A DNA stretch of 64,000 bases from a virus: positions 32,001-96,000 of the IMG/VR virus record IMGVR_UViG_3300020057_000029; one strand, given 5' to 3'. Numbering within the stretch: the first letter of the stretch is position 1; every line of letters begins with the position of its first letter. A program made the translations under genes and the position numbers. The notes beneath the pieces were generated by a model. The model was not told where the DNA came from, did no database searches, and was given only the letters and a program-made list of their open reading frames with translations. Positions 11,156 through 19,719 of this stretch are shown here, one piece after another.

Positions 11156-11571
11156 TCATTACACTCTAAATGTTCATGTAGTTCTTCTTCAAGATATTTG
11201 CGCACCTTTTTGATATACGCGTGATTTGTAGGTTTGCCAAGGTTTTTCTTGCTAGGAAAATAAGTTCCCGAATTGTAGGCTGCAGATGCCTTGCACCAAT
11301 TCTGATCATATCGGTCTAGCTGGTATTTTAAATATTTTGCTGCTGCGGCGACATTGTTTTTAGGGGTCATCAGTTCTTTTTCAGTACCCTCATATCCGAA
11401 CATTTTTGCGGTATCGGATTTTACCTGGCAAATTCCATAACTTGGGCTGCCACCGTCATTTGGCACCACAACGTTCTTAAGACCGCTCTCATGTGAGCAG
11501 ATTGCCATTAAAAGAGAGATCGGTACGCCTATTTTTTGAGCTGCCAATGTGATAATATTTTCATAAACCAT
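11152..11571 (-). CDS. Soluble lytic transglycosylase (SLT domain)
   Basis: Catalytic HES, YGICQV, AAAKYL and AYNSG motifs. Confidence 0.9.
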   Translation of the reverse strand: MVYENIITLAAQKIGVPISLLMAICSHESGLKNVVVPNDGGSPSYGICQVKSDTAKMFGYEGTEKELMTPKNNVAAAAKYLKYQLDRYDQNWCKASAAYNSGTYFPSKKNLGKPTNHAYIKKVRKYLEEELHEHLECNE

Positions 11572-11588
11572 GCTTTTCTCCTATTTAA

Positions 11589-11617
11589 ATAGTAGCCTAT
11601 AGTTGGCTGTTAGTCAA
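11589..11617 (-). promoter_or_regulatory. Sigma70-like promoter for the SLT/phosphoesterase operon
   Basis: TTGACT-17 nt-TACTAT on the minus strand, then an AGGAG RBS and ATG at 11571. Confidence 0.6.
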
Positions 11618-11652
11618 GGCTGAACCCTTCCATCACAATCTTAGAAACAGGA

Positions 11653-12474
11653 GTGATTATGCCTAATTATCAGTTAAATCAGGTAAACACCGTACTTTTG
11701 CCAGAATTTCAAAATTGGGTAGACGAATACGGCCTGAACTCTGATCGTAAAAACGACGGTGTATCTGGCAATGGAACCCTTTACACTGCCCATTATGCTC
11801 TTGGTCTAAAAATCAAAGGCTTGTTGACTGAGAAAGAACGTAACCGATTAATAGAAGCCGTATCACTTTGCTTTGACGCACCTGGCCTGATTGACCGTTC
11901 TGTTGCTAAGGAGCTCGATTATCAGGCTCATGACGATTATCTTGGCCTCCTAACGCTTGCGATGATATTGGATAAGCCAGAATGGACCCAGCAAGTGCTT
12001 GAGTATGGAAAAAACGTCCGCTGTGACGGAATTGACGAATCCGAGACAGATCCAAAAAAAGCAAAACTGAACAAACTGGCCTTTACCGCTCTGAAGATCT
12101 TGAAATTTGGAAAAGTGAACTGGGTATGGAATAACCGTAACTATGGAAAATTCCACGTATCCTCTTGGCTAGGAAGACGTTTTGATGTAACCGCCACCAT
12201 GAAGCTAGCTGCTGGCAAGGCCATCAACCCAATTCATTGGTTGTACTGGTCTTTTTACATACTTACGGTTGGCGACAAGAGCTCGCACGATTCTTGGATC
12301 TTACGTTTCCACATGGTCACTGCTTGTGAAAGCCGAGGCTTTTTGACCAAATTCGTGATTAAAAAATTCAAGGTTAAAATGGTCAATAAATTCGGTGATT
12401 TTGGGAATTTGCTTGCTCAGTATTTCAATAACCCAGAAAACCCACTCCCTAAGTTTCTAGAGGGCGTCAAATAG
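11653..12474 (+). CDS. Hypothetical protein (possibly alpha-helical/toroid enzyme)
   Basis: 273-aa ORF with an AGGAG RBS, preceded by the ACAATCTT motif. No family recognised. Confidence 0.7.
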   Translation: MIMPNYQLNQVNTVLLPEFQNWVDEYGLNSDRKNDGVSGNGTLYTAHYALGLKIKGLLTEKERNRLIEAVSLCFDAPGLIDRSVAKELDYQAHDDYLGLLTLAMILDKPEWTQQVLEYGKNVRCDGIDESETDPKKAKLNKLAFTALKILKFGKVNWVWNNRNYGKFHVSSWLGRRFDVTATMKLAAGKAINPIHWLYWSFYILTVGDKSSHDSWILRFHMVTACESRGFLTKFVIKKFKVKMVNKFGDFGNLLAQYFNNPENPLPKFLEGVK

Positions 12475-12855
12475 CTATTTCTTAACAATTCCGCGAACAT
12501 GTTTGTTGTACGGCTGTAGCTTGGTTCGATTAGAACAACTCGTACATTTGCGATAATAATGCAATGAATCCAACTTGTTAAGTAACGTTATTTCTAGATA
12601 ACCCTCACCGCATTTAGAACATTGCCATTCGCGCTGTAGAGCTTCTAGGCCTTTGCGTTCTTTTTCCGCAAACGCCTCTTTATCTTCGTTTTCGTAATAT
12701 TTCTGAACAATATCGCGCACATTGGCAGATCTGTCTAAGTCAACTCTTGCTAATTGTTTGCGAAGAAAGCTAACTATTCGTTTTAACTTATCATTTTCGT
12801 GTTGAAGCTTTTGTTCACGGGTATTACCTCTGTTGTCGCGCCTGGATTTGCTCAC
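12475..12855 (-). CDS. Coiled-coil plus zinc-ribbon protein
   Basis: CSKC...CTSC motif. GTG at 12855 follows GGAGG (ORF track start 12867). Confidence 0.7.
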   Translation of the reverse strand: MSKSRRDNRGNTREQKLQHENDKLKRIVSFLRKQLARVDLDRSANVRDIVQKYYENEDKEAFAEKERKGLEALQREWQCSKCGEGYLEITLLNKLDSLHYYRKCTSCSNRTKLQPYNKHVRGIVKK

Positions 12856-13016
12856 GCTTACCTCCACTGAGTGTTACAACTAAGATTCATCCTTGATATA
12901 TCATATATGATAAAGACCTATTAGGCAAGGGTTCTTGAAAACCGCGACTTGAGACAATCTTTACTAGAGAAGAAGGCTATCTTAGTTTTATCTAAGACCA
13001 GAACAGGACCAAAATC

Positions 13017-15698
13017 ATGGCAGTAAAAAGACGGGTATCTTGGATTAGCCAGCAAAGAGTTGATGTACCAGACATGCGAGCTCTGGAATCTGCTGCGTCC
13101 AATGATTTCGACGAGTTAGTCAAGGCATTGTTCACTGGCGAAGAAGAAGGCTACATACTACGTGGCTTTGAGCTTTCAATGGCTGGTGCTATTGGGGGTG
13201 CCTCTAGCGCCCTCCAAATGTTCGTTGCTGAAGCAGCTGTTCTCCACACCAGATCTAGCCAGTCTGGAGCCTATCTGGTGGTTCCTGCCGGAACTCCTCC
13301 TGAACCTCTGAATTCTGCGACCAACACTATTGTTGACGGCGCATTTGCTCCAAACGCGATCAATTATGTTGGTCTTGAGTATGAGCGTTTTATTGATGAC
13401 ACTACTTCTGCACAGGTGTATATCTGGAACCCTACTACCGACAGTGAAACTACAAAGGTAGCCCCTCGCGCTCAAATTCTTCGCTATCGCATTAAGATCA
13501 CTGCTTCAACCTGGGCCACAAATGTTTTGCCAATTTGCACTGTAACCACAGATGCTGGCAACAACGTAACGGATATAGGCGACTCACGTCGTGACTTTTT
13601 TCGTCTTGGTACGGCAGGCCGTTCTACCGCAAACCCCTTTTACGTTTATCCCTGGACCGCCCAATCCGAAGGCCGTGTAGAAAACCCTCCTTCCTCGAAT
13701 AGCAACGCTGTCAATCCATTCCATGGTGGTGACAAAATGCTTGGCACATTCAAGGACTGGATGGATGCCGTCATGTCTCAGATTCTTGAGATCAAAGGGA
13801 CCACCTATTGGTACTCCCTTGGCACCTCAGGATCTCTTGCTAGCTTGCGTCAGGATTTGGGTAACACCATTTCAACTGGCGCTGGTATTATTTCACACAG
13901 TGCAGACACCGCAGGCTTGATCAATTGGGATGAAGACATTCATTTCAAAGTGGTTGGTTCACGTCTTGATTACGTTCTTCTTGCTAACCCCTCCTCTATC
14001 GATATCACTCTGAATGACAACCAGGTTGCCTATGTGAATCTGGTGCGCGGCGTTCTTGTAACTCCAAACCTTATTTTTACAAACGGCTCTGCAATTATAA
14101 CTTCAGTTGGTAACGTTGCTTGGACTGCTCCTCTTGCTGCTGGCGACTGGGTAAAAGCTGGTGCGGATACGGATGCTGGCTACTACAAAATCCAAACCGT
14201 AGATTCCCTTTCTCAAATAACCCTGACCGAAAACTTTGGCGGAACTTCTACGGGTGCAGCTGGTGCAAAAGCAAAATACGCTTTTGGCTCATATTCTACT
14301 TCCCCAGCCCCTTCTACTGGTCGTCACATTTTTATCGCAGACCGCGAAGACGTTCCAGAAGGTGAAAATATCTTTTGGTTCCTGCTTCGCGCAGATAACG
14401 GTGGCGTAATACCTAAAGTGTATGTTCGCTTTATTGGCTCCGAGCTAGAACTGGGCGAATCTGAAGAAATCGACGACGGAGTGTCCAGACAGCTCCTTCA
14501 GTATATCGGATCACCTTTAGAATCTGCAAGCAAGCCACAGTATGCCTCTGCACTCAATCCAGGTTCGTTACCAGAGAAGACTACGATTACAACTGGCGAT
14601 GCTACCACGATGGTGTCCAACCAGTATTTTTTCATCAACTCTTCTGCTGACTCTCGCAGATACGCTGTATGGGTGAACAAGGATGGGACCGGTGTTCAGC
14701 CAAATGCCCCATTCGTAAATGCATATGTTGAATGGATTATCAGCACTGGTCAGACTGCTACGCAAACGGCCCAGGCCCTTGCCACTGTTCTTGCTTCAAC
14801 CGATGATGAAGATTTTACTACTGTAGCGGGTATCGCGCAAGTATTGGTAACCAACAAATCTGCTGGTACATGTGCCGATGCTGTAAATTTTAACGTTGGC
14901 GCTCCTTTTGCTGTAACCGTAACACAACAGGGTACTGGTTCAGGCAATTTTGCTATCAATGATGGTGACAGTTTAACCCTTGCTATTAAGAAACTTGACG
15001 AAGCCATTCGCGAAATTTCTTCTCTTCTTGATGAGCCTGGTTATTGCGAATACGTTGACATAGTTGCTTCTGGCGGCGTTCCACCTGCTTCTATCGACGT
15101 TCCTGTTATTTCAGGCGATCTAATTCAATTGCCAGACAATAGTCGTCTTGGCAATTTACCTCAAAAATACACAGTAGGACAAGGCGTTTTAGAACTAGAC
15201 CTAAATGGAATTGAACTCGCCTATGGACGAGATTTTAATGAAGTTGGAGCAGCTGGTACCGCAAGTGACCAAATTGAAATTCTCAGAAGCCTTTTTGCCG
15301 GTGACAGTCTAGGGTTTAAAATTCTAGTCCAAGGTGGCCCAGGCGGCGGCGGCGGCGTAGGCGTACAAGGCCCTCCTGGACCAATGGGCGTACCTGGCAA
15401 TGATGCTATCGGCGGTCCTATTGCTATCAGCACTAAGATTGTTGACTACACAGTGATGACCAGTGACAACATGTTGCGAGCAGACGCTTCTAGTGGAACT
15501 GTAACTTTTAGTCTTCCTCCGGCTGCATCAGCAGTTGGAAATGTGTTCTTTTTAAAGAAAGTAGACGCTTCTGCAAATCCTATGATCGTTGAAGCAGATG
15601 GATCAGAGCTTATCGATGGCTTCAATACTCAACAAACCACAGTTCAATACGAATCTTTCACCATTGTCTCAAACGGCACTGGGTGGGATATTTTCTAA
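13017..15698 (+). CDS. Tail fibre/baseplate-attached structural protein (893 aa)
   Basis: Gly/Thr-rich beta modules, short collagen-like GVQGPPGPMGVPG, C-terminal TVTFSLPPAASAVGNVFFLKKVD...IDG domain typical of phage fibres. Confidence 0.7.
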   Translation: MAVKRRVSWISQQRVDVPDMRALESAASNDFDELVKALFTGEEEGYILRGFELSMAGAIGGASSALQMFVAEAAVLHTRSSQSGAYLVVPAGTPPEPLNSATNTIVDGAFAPNAINYVGLEYERFIDDTTSAQVYIWNPTTDSETTKVAPRAQILRYRIKITASTWATNVLPICTVTTDAGNNVTDIGDSRRDFFRLGTAGRSTANPFYVYPWTAQSEGRVENPPSSNSNAVNPFHGGDKMLGTFKDWMDAVMSQILEIKGTTYWYSLGTSGSLASLRQDLGNTISTGAGIISHSADTAGLINWDEDIHFKVVGSRLDYVLLANPSSIDITLNDNQVAYVNLVRGVLVTPNLIFTNGSAIITSVGNVAWTAPLAAGDWVKAGADTDAGYYKIQTVDSLSQITLTENFGGTSTGAAGAKAKYAFGSYSTSPAPSTGRHIFIADREDVPEGENIFWFLLRADNGGVIPKVYVRFIGSELELGESEEIDDGVSRQLLQYIGSPLESASKPQYASALNPGSLPEKTTITTGDATTMVSNQYFFINSSADSRRYAVWVNKDGTGVQPNAPFVNAYVEWIISTGQTATQTAQALATVLASTDDEDFTTVAGIAQVLVTNKSAGTCADAVNFNVGAPFAVTVTQQGTGSGNFAINDGDSLTLAIKKLDEAIREISSLLDEPGYCEYVDIVASGGVPPASIDVPVISGDLIQLPDNSRLGNLPQKYTVGQGVLELDLNGIELAYGRDFNEVGAAGTASDQIEILRSLFAGDSLGFKILVQGGPGGGGGVGVQGPPGPMGVPGNDAIGGPIAISTKIVDYTVMTSDNMLRADASSGTVTFSLPPAASAVGNVFFLKKVDASANPMIVEADGSELIDGFNTQQTTVQYESFTIVSNGTGWDIF

Positions 15699-15708
15699 GG
15701 AATCAGAT

Positions 15709-16170
15709 ATGAGCTATAGTCCAAATTTTAGAGGAGATACTACAAATGCGACAAGTCGTTCTAGTAGATCTTTGACCTCTAACTACCAAAATGGGTCTGG
15801 TTTCTCTTTAGATCAATGCACCCCAGTAGCAGTGAACTCTTTTGGTCAACTTATTTCGGTAAACGTATCCAGTGTGGCAAATATAAAAGCTTTCTTGGGC
15901 GTAGCTGGAGAAGATCTCCCAAATGCCGCTTTTGGATCAGTCTACGACGGTGGCCGTCTAGAAGAGGTTGATCTGCCAGCTTTTTCTGTTGGCGACGCTC
16001 TTTATGTAGCAAAAGACGGTTTTTTAACCAATGTTACCCCTGAAATCGGCATGGCCGGATTCGTTGCAGGCGATCATATCGTTTTCATTGGTGTTGTTGT
16101 AAAAAACGAATTTAATCCACTTTTAAAAGATTTGAAGATTATGTTTGATACGAAAATAGGTCGGCTGTAA
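15709..16170 (+). CDS. Virion decoration/cement-like protein (DUF2190-like fold)
   Basis: ATG at 15709 after AAGGA. FLGVAGEDL...FSVGDALYVAKDGFLT...FIGVV pattern. Confidence 0.5.
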   Translation: MSYSPNFRGDTTNATSRSSRSLTSNYQNGSGFSLDQCTPVAVNSFGQLISVNVSSVANIKAFLGVAGEDLPNAAFGSVYDGGRLEEVDLPAFSVGDALYVAKDGFLTNVTPEIGMAGFVAGDHIVFIGVVVKNEFNPLLKDLKIMFDTKIGRL

Positions 16171-16218
16171 GGACTAATCTTAATGGTAACCACAATTTAA
16201 CTGTAAACGGAGCATAAA

Positions 16219-18267
16219 ATGGCAGATATCGTAAAACTTCTAGAGCTTTCTTCTGGAATAGCTACTGGATTGGATATAACGGCAAACACTGGTGTTTGGC
16301 TGTCCATCAAGGTGGGCGGTGGAGTATCCAATACTGAACTAACCAAAACTATTTTGGACAGGCTTGTTTCCTTACAAGATGGAACTGATGTTGCTGCTGC
16401 TTATCACACTCACGATAGCAGGTACTTTACAGAAACCGAGCTTGGATCTGCAGTTGGTACTTCCGGCGCACAGCTAATTGGGGTCAAGGCCACTCCGGTC
16501 AATTACACACCTGGTTCTGCTGATGTTGAGGCCCACTTGGCAGGTATCGACAGCGCTTTAGCCTCTGCTGGCGGGAATGATTTTCTTGATTCTGTTTTTC
16601 GTATTTCGGACAATGCTGATCCTACTAAGAAAATTGCCTTTGAAAGTTCTGGTATTTCTACTTCTACGGTTCGTACAATTACGATGCCAGACGCAAACGT
16701 TGATCTTGGCAAGATAGCATCTGCTTTACAAAAAGACGGCTCTGTAACAGTTACTGCCGATCTGCCAATGGGCGGATTTAAGCTTACTGGAATGGCTGCC
16801 GGTTCTGCTGCTGGACACTCAGTTCGCTATGAACAATCGATTCTTGTTTCGGGCGCAAACGCTTTTACTGCTGCCCAGTCCATGGGTGGGTTTAATCTGA
16901 CCAGCGTGGCAGACCCCACAGCGCCTCAACATGCCGCTACAAAGGCTTACGTAGATGCTGTAGCCCAAGGTCTTCGTCCTAAACAGGCCGTGCGCGTTGC
17001 TTCTTTGGCAGATATAGCTCTTGCCAGTGCGCTAGAAAACGGCGATACTGTTGACGGTATCACTCTTGTCACAGGCGACCGCGTATTGGTTAAAAACCAA
17101 ACTCTGCCTGAAGAAAATGGTATTTATATTGTACAAGCTTCTGGCGCAGCTGTTCGTGCGCCAGACATGGACTCGCTTACGCCTATAGATGAGATTAACG
17201 GAGCCTACACCTTTATTCAATCTGGTACGCAAGCAGGTCAGGGCTGGGTTGAGCAAAGCAATGTAGCTGTTTTAGATACTGACCCAATGGTTTGGGTATA
17301 TTTCAATTCTGCTGCTGCTATTATCGGTGGCGATATGGTCACCGTAACTGGTCAGACCATTTCTCTCGATCTTGCCACTGCAAGCGGTCTTGAATCTAGT
17401 AACCCAAGCAACTCAGCTGGTCAGTTACGTATCAAACTTGAAGCTTCTAACCCAAGCTTAAAATTCTCTGGTTCTAATGAGCTTGGCCTCAAAATGGATG
17501 CAGCTGGAGCTCTTGCTTCAGGCGCTTCCGGCGCGGCTGTACAGGTTGATGGCTCAACGATTGAGATTAGCTCTAACGCCCTTCGCGTAAAAGACGCTGG
17601 TATCACCTTGGCCAAAATGGCTTCTAATTCTGTAGATGAGAATAAAATCGCAGCATCAGCTTTTAACGCAGCTGGCGCGATCACAGGTGGCGGCGCATCT
17701 AAGCTTGCTGTACAGGTTGATGGTTCTACCTTAGAAATTAGCGCAAACGCTCTTCGTCAAAAAGACGCTGGAACTACTGCTGCAAAACTCAATACAGACG
17801 TAGCAGACCAAACAACCATTGCTGGTGGTGCTGGTACTGCTCTTAACGTCCTTGCCGCTCCTTTGGTTTCAAGAACTCTAGTTGCCGGTGAAGCTTTTGC
17901 TGCAGATGTTTCCTTTTCAGTTCGATGGGCTTTAACTGGTGAAACTGCTGGAAGAGTATATAAAGCCGACAAAGACGCTTCGGCATCTGCTAAATACATG
18001 GGTATCGGTATCGGTCGTTCAGTAGCAGGCGTATCAGCTGGTGGAAATATTCAGGTGATCATGTTGGGAACCTCTGCTCTTGGTGCTAACGATTCTGCTT
18101 TTGCCGCTGGCGATGTAGGAAAAGAGTTATATGTAGGCACAACTGGAGCTTTCATCTTAGGCTCTGCCTTGGCTGATACTACAAATGAGGCCGCTTTCTG
18201 TATCGGAACGATTCAGTCAACATCTTCAATTTGGGTAGATTTCAAGCAGCTTAGAGGTATCAACTAA
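16219..18267 (+). CDS. Head/tail fibre protein
   Basis: AATKAYVD, KQAVRVAS, GDRVLVKNQT..ENGIY motifs; two VQVDGST(I/L)EIS.NALR.KDAG repeats; C-terminal cement-like domain. Confidence 0.75.
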   Translation: MADIVKLLELSSGIATGLDITANTGVWLSIKVGGGVSNTELTKTILDRLVSLQDGTDVAAAYHTHDSRYFTETELGSAVGTSGAQLIGVKATPVNYTPGSADVEAHLAGIDSALASAGGNDFLDSVFRISDNADPTKKIAFESSGISTSTVRTITMPDANVDLGKIASALQKDGSVTVTADLPMGGFKLTGMAAGSAAGHSVRYEQSILVSGANAFTAAQSMGGFNLTSVADPTAPQHAATKAYVDAVAQGLRPKQAVRVASLADIALASALENGDTVDGITLVTGDRVLVKNQTLPEENGIYIVQASGAAVRAPDMDSLTPIDEINGAYTFIQSGTQAGQGWVEQSNVAVLDTDPMVWVYFNSAAAIIGGDMVTVTGQTISLDLATASGLESSNPSNSAGQLRIKLEASNPSLKFSGSNELGLKMDAAGALASGASGAAVQVDGSTIEISSNALRVKDAGITLAKMASNSVDENKIAASAFNAAGAITGGGASKLAVQVDGSTLEISANALRQKDAGTTAAKLNTDVADQTTIAGGAGTALNVLAAPLVSRTLVAGEAFAADVSFSVRWALTGETAGRVYKADKDASASAKYMGIGIGRSVAGVSAGGNIQVIMLGTSALGANDSAFAAGDVGKELYVGTTGAFILGSALADTTNEAAFCIGTIQSTSSIWVDFKQLRGIN

Positions 18268-18309
18268 TCAATTGCAGGGAAAACCTCTGTAATATGATAA
18301 GTTACACGT

Positions 18310-18609
18310 ATGGCAAAAGTAACCCGCTTAATTAAAGGACAGCTTAAATCGGTCAGTGTTGACCAGGAAGTTTCCATTGTTGATGCTACGTCTTTTGTTG
18401 TCGTAAATTTTCCTGCTACGCTACAAACCGCAAACGCAAACCCTAGAGTTGTTGCCTGGATGGTAAACACTGTTGATTCTAATCCACAATTTCAAGACGT
18501 TTTGATCACGGTCAGGTCTGCTACTGCCTTTACGGCCACTTGGAACGCTCCAGTTGATAGTTCTAACTACAAACTGGCCTATATCGTACTTGACGGATTT
18601 ATCACTTAA
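18310..18609 (+). CDS. Small structural protein (single beta-sandwich module)
   Basis: NPQFQ..IT....FT..WN.P.DS.NY module, also present twice in the next gene. Confidence 0.65.
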   Translation: MAKVTRLIKGQLKSVSVDQEVSIVDATSFVVVNFPATLQTANANPRVVAWMVNTVDSNPQFQDVLITVRSATAFTATWNAPVDSSNYKLAYIVLDGFIT

Positions 18610-18618
18610 GGAACGTAG

Positions 18619-19671
18619 ATGCAAAGAAATCCTTTCGCAAACCAGACTATATCGAGAGACTTGCTCCAGCAAATCTTTCCGTACCTATCTGGCCAGCAGC
18701 TAGACACTCTGCTTAAGTCTATAGACAAGGACTTGCAGGCACCCTTACGCGTTGATGCAAGCTCTACGCCCGATCTTGTTGTTACCATTGGTCCTGCCAT
18801 TGTAAACAACACAATCTCTGGTCGTCAGAAATCTATTCCGCATATCCAAAACGCAATTCCAGCTTTTACGTCTGGTACGATTACTTTCCCTAGTCTAAAT
18901 GGCGGAAACATCACCGTTTCTCCTGGCTCAAACACAACTCTAACCTGCCCACCAAACGAATACATCAAAGTCCTCATTTCTCTGGATTCCTCTGGTGATT
19001 TGATTGTTACTCAAGGTGTTTCTGACTTAGCTGAGGCAAACGCAATTGTTCCAGCCCCTGTTGCCAACACCTTGCCTGTGGCTTATATCAGTCTTTTTAA
19101 TAATGCTGGTATAGTTCAGAGTGTTGTTCAGAACAAGATTTTCCAGTTCGGTGGCGGCGGTGGCGGTGGCTCAGGATCGATTCAGGCAGGTTTTGCTCAA
19201 GAAATCGCTATACCAGATGCTGTCCAAAGTGTTGCGGTCAACTTTCCAAGCGCTCTACCTGGCACTAATTATGTAATTCAGGCTCAGTTTGTCAACATCA
19301 CTGATATTAACCCTCAGTTTCAAGATATTATTATTACTAATAAAACTATCAATGGTTTCACTGCAAATTGGAATGCGCCTACAGATTCAGCAAACTATCT
19401 CTTATCGTACATTGTACCTGTTGTCCAGGAGCACACTGGCGAGAAAGAAATTCCAGATACTGCAGATACTTTAGTGATTTCACTACCTTATACGTATGCT
19501 GGAACAAACTATACAATTGTGGCTACTATGGTCAATATAATTGATCCTAATCCACAATTTCAGGCAGTAATCGTAACTGCCAAGACCAACCTAACCTTTA
19601 CAGTATCATGGAATAGTCCAGTGGATTCCGCGAATTATAGACTCGGATTTCACGTCGCTCAATTCCAGTAA
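18619..19671 (+). CDS. Structural protein with two C-terminal repeats of the NPQFQ/WNAP module
   Basis: Poly-Gly linker followed by two copies of the module. Confidence 0.7.
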   Translation: MQRNPFANQTISRDLLQQIFPYLSGQQLDTLLKSIDKDLQAPLRVDASSTPDLVVTIGPAIVNNTISGRQKSIPHIQNAIPAFTSGTITFPSLNGGNITVSPGSNTTLTCPPNEYIKVLISLDSSGDLIVTQGVSDLAEANAIVPAPVANTLPVAYISLFNNAGIVQSVVQNKIFQFGGGGGGGSGSIQAGFAQEIAIPDAVQSVAVNFPSALPGTNYVIQAQFVNITDINPQFQDIIITNKTINGFTANWNAPTDSANYLLSYIVPVVQEHTGEKEIPDTADTLVISLPYTYAGTNYTIVATMVNIIDPNPQFQAVIVTAKTNLTFTVSWNSPVDSANYRLGFHVAQFQ

Positions 19672-19719
19672 GATACGATATAGATACTATGGCGTTGGTG
19701 TGAAGAACACGGAGAGAAG

